Part shown: one piece after another, positions 20,731 through 31,804 of the stretch
Numbering within the stretch: the first letter of the stretch is position 1
How the letters are laid out: every line of letters starts with the position of its first letter
Origin: a virus
Taxonomy: Duplodnaviria; Heunggongvirae; Uroviricota; Caudoviricetes
Virus record (IMG/VR): IMGVR_UViG_3300048599_000194
Span: 111,177-175,176 of that record
Direction: 5' to 3' (one strand)
DNA length: 64,000 nucleotides
Notes under the pieces: model-generated
The model's database searches: none
What the model was told of the DNA's origin: nothing
Seen by the model: the letters and a program-made list of their open reading frames with translations, nothing else
Translations under genes and position numbers: made by a program

Positions 20731-22692
20731 ATGTATCACGATTTAGATGAATTCAATAAGCTAATGGGCCAAGTTGAGGCAAAATCAACATTCATCCCAA
20801 AGGCACCTAATACGGAAAGTGTACTCGATCTTGGTAATTACAATATGGAACCAGTTCACGAAGGCATTCTACAAAACGGAATTAATAGAATGTCTAATAT
20901 TTTATCAGCTAATCTAAAAAGTAAGATTAGTGGCGAATGGAAACATTTAGATGAAGAAGAACGTCGCCTATTACTAAGAACAATCGCAGGTAATTCGAGT
21001 GCATTTGAAGATACTAATGGAATTGAAGTTGCACTCGCGCAGGCATTCAAAGATAAAGCTCTACTTCCAACTAAAGCCGAAGATGGAACTGCGGCCATAA
21101 TAATTAACAAAGATGTTGATATTTCTAATTCAGGCGCGGCTAAATTCCCACAAATATCAATTCAAGAGATCAAAGGAAATTTGAAATGTAACTATTCAAC
21201 CTTCTCTACATTTAATGGATTTCCTGACAGTGTAAAGTCAATCGAATTTGCCAAGGGAAAGTCTCAAATAGAAAATTTAGAAGGACTTCCGGATACTACC
21301 GGGAGAAATGATGCGAATTATTCAATCGACTTGAAGAATACTAAGATCAATTCGCTCAAGGGTTGGAGATCCAGAGGAACAGTGAAAGGGCATGTTAGTT
21401 TTAGGGGGTGTGATCTCAAGGATGTAAATGTGGATGCCTCAATATACATTGCAGGTAGCTTAGATATTAGAGATAATCCGCACATCTCAATCGAATCATT
21501 GAAGGCCATCGTATTAAAAGATTATTCGAAGAATCAAATAATAGTTAAGGGTCAAATCTACCATACATTAGAAGAGGATGGATTTTATTCAACGAAGAAA
21601 ATAAAATCTGATGACTATTCTCAAGAAGATCTTGGAGCTTTAACAGAGGCTACTGCAAATAAACAAGGCTCTTCAATTTCGCAAGAAGAATTATGGAAAA
21701 TTGGTCCAGAAATCATACGACAGGCCGAAGAGAGAAAAAGTAAGAAAGAAGCAGGATCTATTAAGGATTCTTTAAGTAAAAAGATTAAGCCGGAAGTTCA
21801 ATCTATTGTAAAAGACATGGCATCTAGTCAACTAGATAGAAATTCTGTTGCTCAGGCGAGTCAGAAAATTACAAGAGGGATGTCTTCTGATGAGTTCAGA
21901 ACAATGATGAAAGGCTTATTTGATAATCTATTAAAACAGCTTAATGAGCTTATGAGAAATACAAATGGAGGAGATTCTTCCAAGGTTGAAAAATCAATTG
22001 AGACGATCACAAAGGTTACCGCAGAAACAGCCGCATCTGAAATGGAGAAATTTGAGAAATTATTTGATGCAATGATGGAAAAGGATGGATGTTTAGATAC
22101 AAATGCACTAAACGCTTCAATTGATTCCATCATTAAATCAATATCGCCACTTGCGGCTAAAGGTCCAGTAGAATTAAAGTCTAGAATTAATGATCTGTCG
22201 CAGAATTCATCTGACAGAAACAAATATGAACTAGCAGTTAATGCATTTCTTAAAACACTATACATTGATATTTTAGGGTATTCTCGGGTTGATCCTAAGC
22301 TCGCAGGTCAGATTGTGGACAAATGTTTTGGATCGGAAGAGGCTCAATCAGAGGCTCCTGATGCGCAGGAAGCCCCATCAGATGAGCAAGCTCCAACTAC
22401 CGCCCAGGAAGAACCAACGGCCCCTGACGGAACTCCTGAGCCTGCAGTGGAGCCTAATGCACTTGAGACTAAGCCAGCGGAACAGTCTCAAACTAAAGTC
22501 AAGACCCAAGGACCAGCGACAGTAAATCCCAGTGAATTACCAAAGCCTGTGCAAGCAAAGGCCCCAACAACCAGTACACCTTCTAACTATAGTGAAAAGG
22601 AACGTAAAGGACTTGAAAGATTTCGCGCTCTATTAAATACTCCAAAAGTTACTAGCAATGAATCAAAGAAAAAGAATTCGGAGGAGAAATGA
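20731..22692 (+). CDS. hypothetical late protein with LRR-like (LxxLxGxP) repeats and P/E/A-rich linker
   Basis: FSTFNGFPDSV, IENLEGLP, INSLKGW repeats; TAAATA plus SD upstream. Confidence 0.55.
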   Translation: MYHDLDEFNKLMGQVEAKSTFIPKAPNTESVLDLGNYNMEPVHEGILQNGINRMSNILSANLKSKISGEWKHLDEEERRLLLRTIAGNSSAFEDTNGIEVALAQAFKDKALLPTKAEDGTAAIIINKDVDISNSGAAKFPQISIQEIKGNLKCNYSTFSTFNGFPDSVKSIEFAKGKSQIENLEGLPDTTGRNDANYSIDLKNTKINSLKGWRSRGTVKGHVSFRGCDLKDVNVDASIYIAGSLDIRDNPHISIESLKAIVLKDYSKNQIIVKGQIYHTLEEDGFYSTKKIKSDDYSQEDLGALTEATANKQGSSISQEELWKIGPEIIRQAEERKSKKEAGSIKDSLSKKIKPEVQSIVKDMASSQLDRNSVAQASQKITRGMSSDEFRTMMKGLFDNLLKQLNELMRNTNGGDSSKVEKSIETITKVTAETAASEMEKFEKLFDAMMEKDGCLDTNALNASIDSIIKSISPLAAKGPVELKSRINDLSQNSSDRNKYELAVNAFLKTLYIDILGYSRVDPKLAGQIVDKCFGSEEAQSEAPDAQEAPSDEQAPTTAQEEPTAPDGTPEPAVEPNALETKPAEQSQTKVKTQGPATVNPSELPKPVQAKAPTTSTPSNYSEKERKGLERFRALLNTPKVTSNESKKKNSEEK

Positions 22693-24722
22693 AGTTCTAT
22701 AATGTAACTAGTCTATTTGAGGCTGTTGCCAATCAACCACTAGACACTCAGTCAACAACATTTGATCAAAATTTGAAGATTATTAGAGTGATCGACTATC
22801 TAACAACTGGAATAGATTCTGGATTTTCTGACGAATCAACTCAAGCAGGTGGATCTGAACTAGCCGGAACGAGAGAGGGTGGGAGGGGTGCATACAGTAA
22901 ACATAAGGATTATTGCCTTAGTTGCGTTAATATGATTGTCACTAATGCAGGTAAAGACGCATTTAGTGGATTATCATACGAAGACGTATTAGTACCTAGA
23001 ATTCCTTTGGAATATATGGGAGATGAAGAGAATGTTGATGAAGAATGGGCATTCATCGAGAGTTGTGATGCAGTAAGAAATAATTTCTCAGATAGAGATA
23101 CTATACAATTATCGACTTCTGATGTCAGTGCATCTTCGATATTTGGAATGGATTCAGTAAAGAAAATAACTAAAAATACAAAATTCTATAAATCTTCACT
23201 TCTATTCGGATATGTAATAGATGAGCAAAAGATAACATATACAAACGGCGACGAGGAAGGTGTAATCTCACTAAAGAGCAAAATATTAAATCTTGATCCG
23301 GAGATGAAGTATATGGATGAAGAGATTGAGAAAAATAGACCGCTTGCCATAAAGTTTCTTAAAAAAGTTCTTGAATTGAATCCAGATAACCTTAATATAA
23401 CTAATGATAATAGTGGAGAAGCTAAGAATGATCTAATGAGCGCACCGGGTGCAACTAAGTCAACTCTAGAAGAGGCTAAGAGTCCTAATAAGGAATCTAC
23501 GAATACTGCAAATACAAGTGAGCTTCTTGTTAGATTTAAGCAAACTGTTCCAGAAGATGGGAATGTATTCCTATCGCCTAACGAGATCAAGGATTTCATA
23601 CCATTATTTGAATATGTTAGAGTAGATGGTGCTCAAAATGATGAATTCTTCGGCATATTATCCAATGGAATGCAGTCCCTTGAAGACGAAGGTGTGCATT
23701 TCGGAGATAATCTAAATGTTGCAGGAGATGTACAGAATGTATTAATGCAAGGAAATTATGACTTGGTGGTTGGATATAGTCAGGCTGGAGATACAACGCA
23801 CACGAAACAATTTAACAATAAGGGTGAAGAAATATTTGTCGGATATGTAACCAATTACAAAGATCAGAAAGATGATGCAGTAATTCCAGTATACTTCACA
23901 ACCACAAATAAATCAACTATCTCAAATATGGAGTCTAAGAAAGGTACTCCATTACATGTAAATGAATTAAAAAATACTAAGACCTCAATCCCATTTAAGA
24001 AGTTGAATACGAGCGGAGTTGCAAAACGAATGGGTGGAAATGAGATCATATTCCAATTGCCAATTGAGATTTACTCAAAGGCTGGTCAAGAAGTAGCCCA
24101 GTCAGTAACTCCGGAAGAAAATAAGACTTCTCCCGAAATACCTACTGAACCAATAACACCAGAATCTAAGAAGAGTACTAGAAAACCTAAAGAGAAAACT
24201 TCAGGGACCAAAGCGCCAGCAGAATCCACAAAGACTAATGAAACCCCCACCGCTACTAAAGAAGAAACTCCAGGTGGAATCCTTAAGAGAATAGGAGCAA
24301 ATTTCAAGGCGGGTACTATTAGCAGAGATAATGCAATTTTGGCGATAAAAAATGAGATTAAGTCTAAGCTAAACAAGGACATATCTCTCGATAAGATACA
24401 AGCATCATTCGATAAGCTATTCTCTTCAGATAAACCAAGAGGTGAGAATGAAATTAGAAGAGACGATCAATATAGCACTTTATTAGGTCCAGATGTCAGA
24501 AACACAAAACTAGCTAAATCAGCACTTGAGAGAGTTAAGTCATTGGCACAGCTTGGGCATAAATTTACTCCCGAAGAAGTAAGTAATTTGGTGTCAAGGG
24601 GTCTTAATCAAGCTGATGTTGATAGCGTAATAAAGAAATATTCGATAATGGAAGTTAGAATATCTCCTAGTAGCTTCAATATGAAAGCATTGATGGAGAA
24701 TCTTAATTCAAAGAAAAAGTAA
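22689..24722 (+). CDS. hypothetical late protein, possible internal head protein
   Basis: 677 aa ORF; N-terminus MKFYNVTSLFEA ends in LxE. Confidence 0.55.
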   Translation: MKFYNVTSLFEAVANQPLDTQSTTFDQNLKIIRVIDYLTTGIDSGFSDESTQAGGSELAGTREGGRGAYSKHKDYCLSCVNMIVTNAGKDAFSGLSYEDVLVPRIPLEYMGDEENVDEEWAFIESCDAVRNNFSDRDTIQLSTSDVSASSIFGMDSVKKITKNTKFYKSSLLFGYVIDEQKITYTNGDEEGVISLKSKILNLDPEMKYMDEEIEKNRPLAIKFLKKVLELNPDNLNITNDNSGEAKNDLMSAPGATKSTLEEAKSPNKESTNTANTSELLVRFKQTVPEDGNVFLSPNEIKDFIPLFEYVRVDGAQNDEFFGILSNGMQSLEDEGVHFGDNLNVAGDVQNVLMQGNYDLVVGYSQAGDTTHTKQFNNKGEEIFVGYVTNYKDQKDDAVIPVYFTTTNKSTISNMESKKGTPLHVNELKNTKTSIPFKKLNTSGVAKRMGGNEIIFQLPIEIYSKAGQEVAQSVTPEENKTSPEIPTEPITPESKKSTRKPKEKTSGTKAPAESTKTNETPTATKEETPGGILKRIGANFKAGTISRDNAILAIKNEIKSKLNKDISLDKIQASFDKLFSSDKPRGENEIRRDDQYSTLLGPDVRNTKLAKSALERVKSLAQLGHKFTPEEVSNLVSRGLNQADVDSVIKKYSIMEVRISPSSFNMKALMENLNSKKK

Positions 24723-24731
24723 GGTGATTTG

Positions 24732-26489
24732 ATGTACATGAATAATGCGTCGCTAAGAGGCGACTACGATGAAGTTGAATACACTGAAGAGATGACAGAA
24801 GAACTCATTAAGTGCATTAACGATCCAATATATTTCATAGAAAACTACATTAAAATAATAAGCGCACAGAAAAAGGTATTATTCAAACTAAGAGAATATC
24901 AGATAACCTATATTAATCTAATTCACGAGAATTCAAATGTAATGTGCATGTGGGGTCGTCAGTCTGGTAAATCTGTATCTACCGCCGCATATATTGCGTG
25001 GAAGATCATATTCAATCCAAACGTCAAGGTATTATTACTAGCCGACCAGCAAGATAAAGCGGTTGAGCAATTAAAACGTATCAAGGAAATGATTGAAGGC
25101 ATTCCACTATGGATGCAAATGGGAGTAAAAAAATGGGCAGAAAAGAGAATCATATTCTCCAACAATTCGGAAGTTAGAGCGGCGGCAACCCACGCAAAGG
25201 CCGCATCAGGTTACACTGTTAATTTCCTATATCTTGACGAATTCGCTCTAGTAGATGACAATATTGCGCAAGACTTTATGTTGTCTGTATTTCCAACAGT
25301 ATCATCAGACCCGAACGCTAAAATAGCCATTACAAGCACACCCCGTGGTAAAAATAATTTCTACAGGATGTGGGAAAAGAATGAAAAGAAACATAGGAAT
25401 GGGACAATAACCGGAGAAGATTTCATTACATTTAGAATTAGATGGAATGATGTCCCCGGTAGAGATGATGTTTGGAGAGCAGGCGAAATAGAGAAAATTG
25501 GCGAAATTGCATTCAAACAGGAATATGACTGCGAGTTCGAAGGATCTCTTGCAACTCTGGTACACGCTACCTTCATAAAGGCGCTTAAAGACAAGTATAT
25601 GAAAGATCCACTGAATATACTAGACGATAAACGACTTAGAATATTTTCGTGGCCTATTCAAAAGAAAGAGATTGACGATAATAACTATGAATATTTAATC
25701 ACGGTTGATCCTGCAATGGGAACTAAACAGGACTTTACTGTTGCTCAAGTTTGGCTAATCAGATCGAATACCGATATAGAACAAGTTGCCATATATCAAT
25801 CAAATGATGTCCCCCCAGATACATTTGTAGCAAAGATACTTGCACTATGTAAAATGTACCATAATCCATATGTAATAATTGAAACAATGGAACCTGCGGG
25901 TGGTATAATACTAGGTCTTTTACTACATAGCAATAATTACTATAATGTAATCAACATGCAAAAAGAAGGAGTTGGCTTTAGAATGACACATGAGGTCAAA
26001 ATTAAAGCATGTACGTTATTGCAAGTTTACTTCGAAAAACAGGCATTGAAATTAAGAGACGAATTTACATATGGCGAAATTGAAATGTTCGGTAAAAAGA
26101 ATAATACTTTTAGGGCAATTGGAGATAACCACGACGACTGTGTAATGTCGGTATTATCGATGCTATATTACGTCAATAGTCCATATTTTTATGGCAACAT
26201 GGATAAAGAATCAATACATAGAAAACCAACCACGGTAAAAACCGACGGTCTTGAAAATACAGACGATATGTTAATCAAAGAAGCATTAAGTCGAATGACA
26301 GAAGCAGATGATCTGCGAGGAGGAGGAGATTACGGTCTGGGTGGTTTCATCATACCTTCAAATAATAAGGTGGTATATGAGGATGCGGTTAGATGGAAAG
26401 ATGAGCACGTACCCGATCAAAGATCTAATCCAATGTTTAATCCCCATGCCGGAGGTAATATGTTCTGGCATAATCAAACCGGATATTAA
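24732..26489 (+). CDS. terL: terminase large subunit, T4 gp17-like
   Basis: LREYQ adenine motif, Walker A GRQSGKS, Walker B LYLDEFA, STPRG, nuclease DPAMG..HDDCVMS. Confidence 0.95.
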   Translation: MYMNNASLRGDYDEVEYTEEMTEELIKCINDPIYFIENYIKIISAQKKVLFKLREYQITYINLIHENSNVMCMWGRQSGKSVSTAAYIAWKIIFNPNVKVLLLADQQDKAVEQLKRIKEMIEGIPLWMQMGVKKWAEKRIIFSNNSEVRAAATHAKAASGYTVNFLYLDEFALVDDNIAQDFMLSVFPTVSSDPNAKIAITSTPRGKNNFYRMWEKNEKKHRNGTITGEDFITFRIRWNDVPGRDDVWRAGEIEKIGEIAFKQEYDCEFEGSLATLVHATFIKALKDKYMKDPLNILDDKRLRIFSWPIQKKEIDDNNYEYLITVDPAMGTKQDFTVAQVWLIRSNTDIEQVAIYQSNDVPPDTFVAKILALCKMYHNPYVIIETMEPAGGIILGLLLHSNNYYNVINMQKEGVGFRMTHEVKIKACTLLQVYFEKQALKLRDEFTYGEIEMFGKKNNTFRAIGDNHDDCVMSVLSMLYYVNSPYFYGNMDKESIHRKPTTVKTDGLENTDDMLIKEALSRMTEADDLRGGGDYGLGGFIIPSNNKVVYEDAVRWKDEHVPDQRSNPMFNPHAGGNMFWHNQTGY

Positions 26490-27637
26490 TCCCAGTTAAT
26501 TGTAACTTCGAAGCTACCAGTGGTGGCTTCTTTTCGGTCATAGAATATATACAGTACGGTATCTTGTAAAAACTTTAATGATTCAAATTCGACTTCATAC
26601 TTCGTGGATAGAGACAAATTAGAATCTCTATTAGTCATTACCATACCATGATTATCTAACGTGCCAATAGAAACTACTGAGGAGGAATCATTATATGGAT
26701 CGATTACCGCGACTGATGCCGAAGTTAGCTTAGTTCCTGCGGGAATCGTCATTAATTCTATCTTAGAATCTGAATTCAAATCAACAAACTTAATAAATTC
26801 ACTGGTTGAATTCAATTTAATTCCAGATGCTACTACAGTATTGCTTCTGCTACCAGTCGAAGCCTGAACACCACCTGCCGCAAATTGGCTATCACCCAAC
26901 GCAATATCAGTTCCAATCAATTCTTTTAGCTTCTCATTATATTCTTCGATTGACATATTTTCAACTTCAATACTCCGTATTAGTTCAATTGGTTTACCAC
27001 TTAATGCAATACGATTATTGATTTCAGTTATTAAAGTTCCAAGATAAAAAGGTGCATACATGTCGAATTTAACCTTGAATGTATATTCACACGAATAAGA
27101 TCTAGCTTTTTCTCTATCTACTTCATCATTATATTGAGGATTCACCCCTACTAATTCAACTGTAATGTCTCTTTTAAGGTTAGAAAATTCAAATTCCTTG
27201 ATAGCCGTATTAAATGTTGGATTAAAATATGGAATGATTTGTTCCATTATCTGGAAATGATCTTGAATTAGTTCAGTATAAGCAGTGAGTGTATATGTCT
27301 GTATCCAAGGACATGGACGCATATCCTGTATCATTTGCTTTGTGGAAGAATCGTAAATTTCTCTAATGAATGTACGCGACGGAGTGGCACCTGAATTTCT
27401 TTCAAGACCACCCATTCTTAAACCTAGAATCGGAGTTGTATGTTTCGATTCAGGATTATCTTGGGTATTAAGAATAAAATCAGCGAAATTTTTAGAAAAA
27501 TGAAATGTCAATGGTACCTTAATCCTTTTACGAACGGTACCATCTTTATTATATCGATTAACTCTCACCCTATCGAATAGATCCAAGAGTGCGATATTAA
27601 CTCTTTCAAATATGCGAGGGTGATAGTACGGGACCAT
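26486..27637 (-). CDS. tail terminator/sheath stabilizer, gp15-like
   Basis: YYHPRI..LFDRVRVNR..IKVPL..QIMEQIIPYFNP motif. Confidence 0.85.
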   Translation of the reverse strand: MVPYYHPRIFERVNIALLDLFDRVRVNRYNKDGTVRKRIKVPLTFHFSKNFADFILNTQDNPESKHTTPILGLRMGGLERNSGATPSRTFIREIYDSSTKQMIQDMRPCPWIQTYTLTAYTELIQDHFQIMEQIIPYFNPTFNTAIKEFEFSNLKRDITVELVGVNPQYNDEVDREKARSYSCEYTFKVKFDMYAPFYLGTLITEINNRIALSGKPIELIRSIEVENMSIEEYNEKLKELIGTDIALGDSQFAAGGVQASTGSRSNTVVASGIKLNSTSEFIKFVDLNSDSKIELMTIPAGTKLTSASVAVIDPYNDSSSVVSIGTLDNHGMVMTNRDSNLSLSTKYEVEFESLKFLQDTVLYIFYDRKEATTGSFEVTINWD

Positions 27638-28747
27638 TTACACTCCGGAAGACTGCTTGAATCTATTAAATGCTTTATCCATTTCGGCTAATCTAGCAGG
27701 ATCTTCAGATCTACCAATTTGTCCATTGCGAATATCTGCATTTGCATTATCAACTACTCTAAATTCAGGCTTTGCTGTTTCTTCTGGTTTCACGCTATCT
27801 ACAGGTTCATCGAATGTCCCCACATTCATATCGTCATCTGGTAATGTATTGGCATCGAAATTTAGCTCTTCGTTTGAAGTTTCTATTGTAGACGTATCTA
27901 AACCTAATTCTTTTTCTTCATTATTAACGGCTTTCATAATTGACTTGTGATTTGCATTTAATATTCCCAGTAGTTCGCGATAAAATCCAACTGCTCGCTT
28001 CTCCAATACTCTACCAGTTATTGCAATATTTGGATTATCTGCATTACCTTCAGACACCAGCTTAATGATCTCAATATTAGACGGATCGCTAAAAGATGCA
28101 GATCTCATTTTGCTGTCGTGATTATATTCCTCATCATACTTGAACACTAGATAGAAAAAGAATTCTGGTGTTTTTCCATTACTCTTACCTAGCAATTCAT
28201 CAGCACCGTCTTCAGAATCATCGGTGAATCCATCATCAAAGGAGTTCATATCATCCTGTAATGCATTCTTTTCATCCTCGACTTCTTTATTTGTGGCTTC
28301 AGCTAAGAAAGAAGAGTCATCTTCAACTCCACCGTCTGATAGGAATTGATCAAATGTTTTTGAATATACTGCATCATTGATAAATGGCATGAAATCAGAT
28401 ACAGTATTACTAGCGACTCCAGCCTTCTTTCCATCTTTAGTCTGAGGTGCGGATTCGAAATAGTTGTAATATCTCAAAAATAGATCTGGATTTGAAGCTA
28501 ATACATCAATATTCCATTTGAATTTAATGGCAAACTTCAAATCTTGAACTTCAACCTTTTTCTTATCAACTGTCTTTCTTGTGACAGTATCAACGGGAGC
28601 TATTCCAACTGCAGTGATTGGCTCATAGTCCGAGTAATGCTTTGCATTGATAGAACCTTGCTTAAATGGATTGTACTGTAGACGCCCGAGATTCTCCTCT
28701 AGCATTAAATAACTCTTACCTTCTAGGATTATTCTTCTTGGTAGCAT
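27638..28747 (-). CDS. hypothetical acidic late protein
   Basis: TAAATA 5 nt upstream; N-terminus IILEGKSYLMLEE resembles the shared leader peptide. Confidence 0.55.
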   Translation of the reverse strand: MLPRRIILEGKSYLMLEENLGRLQYNPFKQGSINAKHYSDYEPITAVGIAPVDTVTRKTVDKKKVEVQDLKFAIKFKWNIDVLASNPDLFLRYYNYFESAPQTKDGKKAGVASNTVSDFMPFINDAVYSKTFDQFLSDGGVEDDSSFLAEATNKEVEDEKNALQDDMNSFDDGFTDDSEDGADELLGKSNGKTPEFFFYLVFKYDEEYNHDSKMRSASFSDPSNIEIIKLVSEGNADNPNIAITGRVLEKRAVGFYRELLGILNANHKSIMKAVNNEEKELGLDTSTIETSNEELNFDANTLPDDDMNVGTFDEPVDSVKPEETAKPEFRVVDNANADIRNGQIGRSEDPARLAEMDKAFNRFKQSSGV

Positions 28748-28762
28748 GTGAATATTTATGTA

Positions 28763-29614
28763 ATGTCAAAAATAAATACCGATGTGAAGTATAGAGTATT
28801 CGCATTATTGCCTAGGACTGAAGAAGATTTGCTAGTATTTGAAGATACTGATTTGGAATCAGCACAGAAATACTGCAATAAGAATATAAAATATTTCCCT
28901 AAATTAACACTTTTACATGGAGCTAAAGGGTATCCCGGCTTTGAAGAAGAAATATTTGAGAACGATGAATTTAGAGATAGATCCAGGGATTCCATAAAAG
29001 ATGCAAAAATAGGTAGAATTAAGCGAAAAAGTAGATTTGAATCTAGAGTGATATTTGAAAATGAAGAGCGAGTGTGTTTTCTTATTAGATATAAACGAAA
29101 TGAAGCCAGGGTATGTATTATTGATGCCAGCGACAAGGAGAAAGTTTTTTCCTTACTGAAACTAAAGAGTGATTGTTATCGAATTAAAATTTATAGGGGT
29201 TCTTTACCATTGGTGTATTTTAGACATAATGCAGTTAATCATACTACACTGGTAGAATTATTATTCAATAAAAAGAAATTTGGGTTCATGACATTTAAGG
29301 ATGGTAATCCATATAACTACATGAAGAATAACATAATATTTACCAAGGTGTCCTTGAACAGAAATAGACCTCGTCCTAAAACAGGATATTATGGAGTTAC
29401 CTATATTCCAAATGATAAAGGTAATCTTAAATATGTAGTTGATCTAAAATGCAATGGAATAAAGAAAAAGATCGGACGTTACTCCGATCCTTTAACTGCC
29501 GCTAAGGCGTATGATAGGGCGAGAATGGAATATTTTGGGCGAAGTGCGGCAAAGAATTTTCCTTACGAATACTATGCCGCATTCGAACCTCATTATATAG
29601 TAAATGTTACATAA
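28763..29614 (+). CDS. HNH(degenerate)-AP2 domain protein, homing-endonuclease family
   Basis: DGNPYNYMKNNI, TGYYGVT, IGRYSDPLTAAKAYDRARMEYFGRSAAKNFP (AP2); start uncertain. Confidence 0.75.
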   Translation: MSKINTDVKYRVFALLPRTEEDLLVFEDTDLESAQKYCNKNIKYFPKLTLLHGAKGYPGFEEEIFENDEFRDRSRDSIKDAKIGRIKRKSRFESRVIFENEERVCFLIRYKRNEARVCIIDASDKEKVFSLLKLKSDCYRIKIYRGSLPLVYFRHNAVNHTTLVELLFNKKKFGFMTFKDGNPYNYMKNNIIFTKVSLNRNRPRPKTGYYGVTYIPNDKGNLKYVVDLKCNGIKKKIGRYSDPLTAAKAYDRARMEYFGRSAAKNFPYEYYAAFEPHYIVNVT

Positions 29615-29930
29615 CGGGAATTGTTCGGTTCATATATTTCTTGGACTTTGGTACATAAATTGTCAATAATCCATTATTTACTGTAGATGTAATATTGTTA
29701 TAGTCAGCTTTCTTCCCATAGTCTAATCTAATAACAACATCTCGCTTTCCTCGATTAGTATTTTCTGCACCAATTAAGATACAAGGGAATTCAACTGGAA
29801 TTCCAAACATGTCAAATTCCTTATGAGTTAGTTCCACTGAAATTTCTTCGCGAGCATATCCAGGAACTTCAACATATATCTCGAAGTAGTTATCTAGGGT
29901 TGCAGAGTCAATCTTTAGCTTATTAGACAT
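29607..29930 (-). CDS. small heat shock protein (Hsp20/alpha-crystallin)
   Basis: YVEVPGYAREEISVE..ITSTVNNGLLTIYVPK; SD GAAAGGAG before MSNK. Confidence 0.8.
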   Translation of the reverse strand: MSNKLKIDSATLDNYFEIYVEVPGYAREEISVELTHKEFDMFGIPVEFPCILIGAENTNRGKRDVVIRLDYGKKADYNNITSTVNNGLLTIYVPKSKKYMNRTIPVM

Positions 29931-30025
29931 TGACGAATGTCTCCTTTCTATTACATAATATAACAACTAACGTGCCAATAGAATATGAATATCAAAACAT
30001 TCATCGAATGTTGCAATATTAAACA

Positions 30026-31006
30026 CTATTCTTCGGTGATCATTCCATTATCCAACAGTTTCTTTGATACTAATGCAAGATGTTTACATAGTGCCGGAAC
30101 CGCACCTGGATTATTTTTTGGCGCTGGTAATAGAAAGTTAAGTGTTCGCTTTGTTCCGTTCTCGTCTTTATACACCTTACCCCTGGTAGGCGTTCCGGCC
30201 AAACTCTTATTTCTAAGATTTGCATTAGCTACATAATAAGCAAAAGCCTTACATGTACATCTAACTTCACATGGATTATTGAACGACCAGTTTTGAGTAT
30301 TTCTTTTCCTGCGTAGTTTAATCCAACACCTATACGGATTTTCATTCGAACCCTGAACATCTGCAGTTACGTCACATTGTAGATATTTCGAATCTTGCTT
30401 AAGACCTGGGGCATTTAATCCAACAACCGTACCAGCCTCGGCCACCGAATCTTCCCCAAAAAAGTCGATAAAATTGTTGTATAGAGTGCTTAATTTTTTG
30501 CTAGGTAGCCATTCATCGGTTTTTTCTAATTCAGGGGTTAATTCTGTTTTAGGTGGAATTGCAGGTGGATTTGTTGGAGGCGATACTGGTTGCTCGGGTT
30601 CTTCTTTTTTAATAGGCGTTGGTTCTACATTTGGTTCTACATTTGGTTCTTCAGTAGGAACTTCAAGTGGAGCTTCAGGACTTTCCGGTTCTTTTGGTTC
30701 TTCAGGTTCTTCAGGAGTTTGTTCTATTGGAGTTTCTTGAGAGATGACGGGCTCTTCTTCTGGTTTAGACTCATCAGAATGAATCTCGTTTGTCATTTTA
30801 TCAGTTTGCAACTGTTCATCTGGCGTTGGTTCGAGGTCTGGCACCTCTTCATCTAATTCATTGTTCTTTTTCTCAATTGCTTCTAGAATTAGATTCAGAT
30901 TAGAAAGTGACTTAACCTTATGAGATTCCAATAGTTCAGTAACATCCTCATTGTTAAATGGAATGCCCTGGCTTTCATAGATATAGTTGCCGATTAGAAT
31001 TTTCAT
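30026..31006 (-). CDS. SWIM zinc-finger protein with P/E-rich linker and shared N-terminal leader
   Basis: CEVRCTCKAF..LCKHL; N-terminus MKILIGNYIYES. Confidence 0.7.
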   Translation of the reverse strand: MKILIGNYIYESQGIPFNNEDVTELLESHKVKSLSNLNLILEAIEKKNNELDEEVPDLEPTPDEQLQTDKMTNEIHSDESKPEEEPVISQETPIEQTPEEPEEPKEPESPEAPLEVPTEEPNVEPNVEPTPIKKEEPEQPVSPPTNPPAIPPKTELTPELEKTDEWLPSKKLSTLYNNFIDFFGEDSVAEAGTVVGLNAPGLKQDSKYLQCDVTADVQGSNENPYRCWIKLRRKRNTQNWSFNNPCEVRCTCKAFAYYVANANLRNKSLAGTPTRGKVYKDENGTKRTLNFLLPAPKNNPGAVPALCKHLALVSKKLLDNGMITEE

Positions 31007-31043
31007 AATAATATTTAGTCGAATCCTTTTCTAAATAACTCAT

Positions 31044-31760
31044 ATGGATTTGGATATGTTTAACCCAGTTGAAGACGATAACGATTTCGAGCAAGAGTAC
31101 GACCAGTTCGGACACGCTCTAAATGATCGAGATGGAAATCCTTTGGCTAAGGGTTCCATTAAAGATCGTGAGTTCGAAGAAGAGAAAGCAGAAAATATAG
31201 CGGCCAACGATAAGATGAGGGGGCGTAGAGAAAAAATGTCCCCTTACATTGAAAGATTCAAGAATACATTAATGGCTATTTTCCGAGATAGTCCTCGCCC
31301 CTCTGACCTATATACTGCATTAGAATTACTCTATGACTGGACGCTTGCTAAACTAGAAAGCTCAATGAATAAAACTGCACAAGAAGCTAATCAGTGGATG
31401 CGCGTTGCAAACGATTTAATTGAAATTGACGAATATTCCCTCATGGAGGGAATTGAAGATCTAATAATGTCTTCACCTCATAGCACAATTCGATCCGCAC
31501 TTGAACAGCAATATAGCAATTTATTGAAGTCTGCTAATGGAGATTATACTAAAGAAGCTCAGATATTTGTCGAAATTGCATTTGCACTAGTATCAATTGT
31601 TGAAGAACAGATAGAAAAAAATCCAGACGATGCTGAAGATTACATAGAAATTAAAGAAACTTTAGATAGAAAATTTGGACCTCTTTACAAAGGACTTGAG
31701 AATCAATTAAAGGATCTAGTATCTAAAGACCGAAGATACGGACGACTAGTGAACAGATAG
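31044..31760 (+). CDS. hypothetical late protein
   Basis: 238 aa ORF, TAAATA 6 nt upstream, terminator downstream. Confidence 0.6.
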   Translation: MDLDMFNPVEDDNDFEQEYDQFGHALNDRDGNPLAKGSIKDREFEEEKAENIAANDKMRGRREKMSPYIERFKNTLMAIFRDSPRPSDLYTALELLYDWTLAKLESSMNKTAQEANQWMRVANDLIEIDEYSLMEGIEDLIMSSPHSTIRSALEQQYSNLLKSANGDYTKEAQIFVEIAFALVSIVEEQIEKNPDDAEDYIEIKETLDRKFGPLYKGLENQLKDLVSKDRRYGRLVNR

Positions 31761-31764
31761 AGAG

Positions 31765-31787
31765 AGGGGGGCGCAAGCCCCTTTTTT
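31765..31787 (+). terminator. intrinsic terminator
   Basis: GGGG-cgcaag-CCCC hairpin plus T tract. Confidence 0.65.
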
Positions 31788-31804
31788 GTTGCTACAATCA
31801 TAGC

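Noticed and set aside
30619-30650. 12 bp tandem repeat (ttggttctacat)
   Set aside because: Encodes a low-complexity EPNV linker; ordinary
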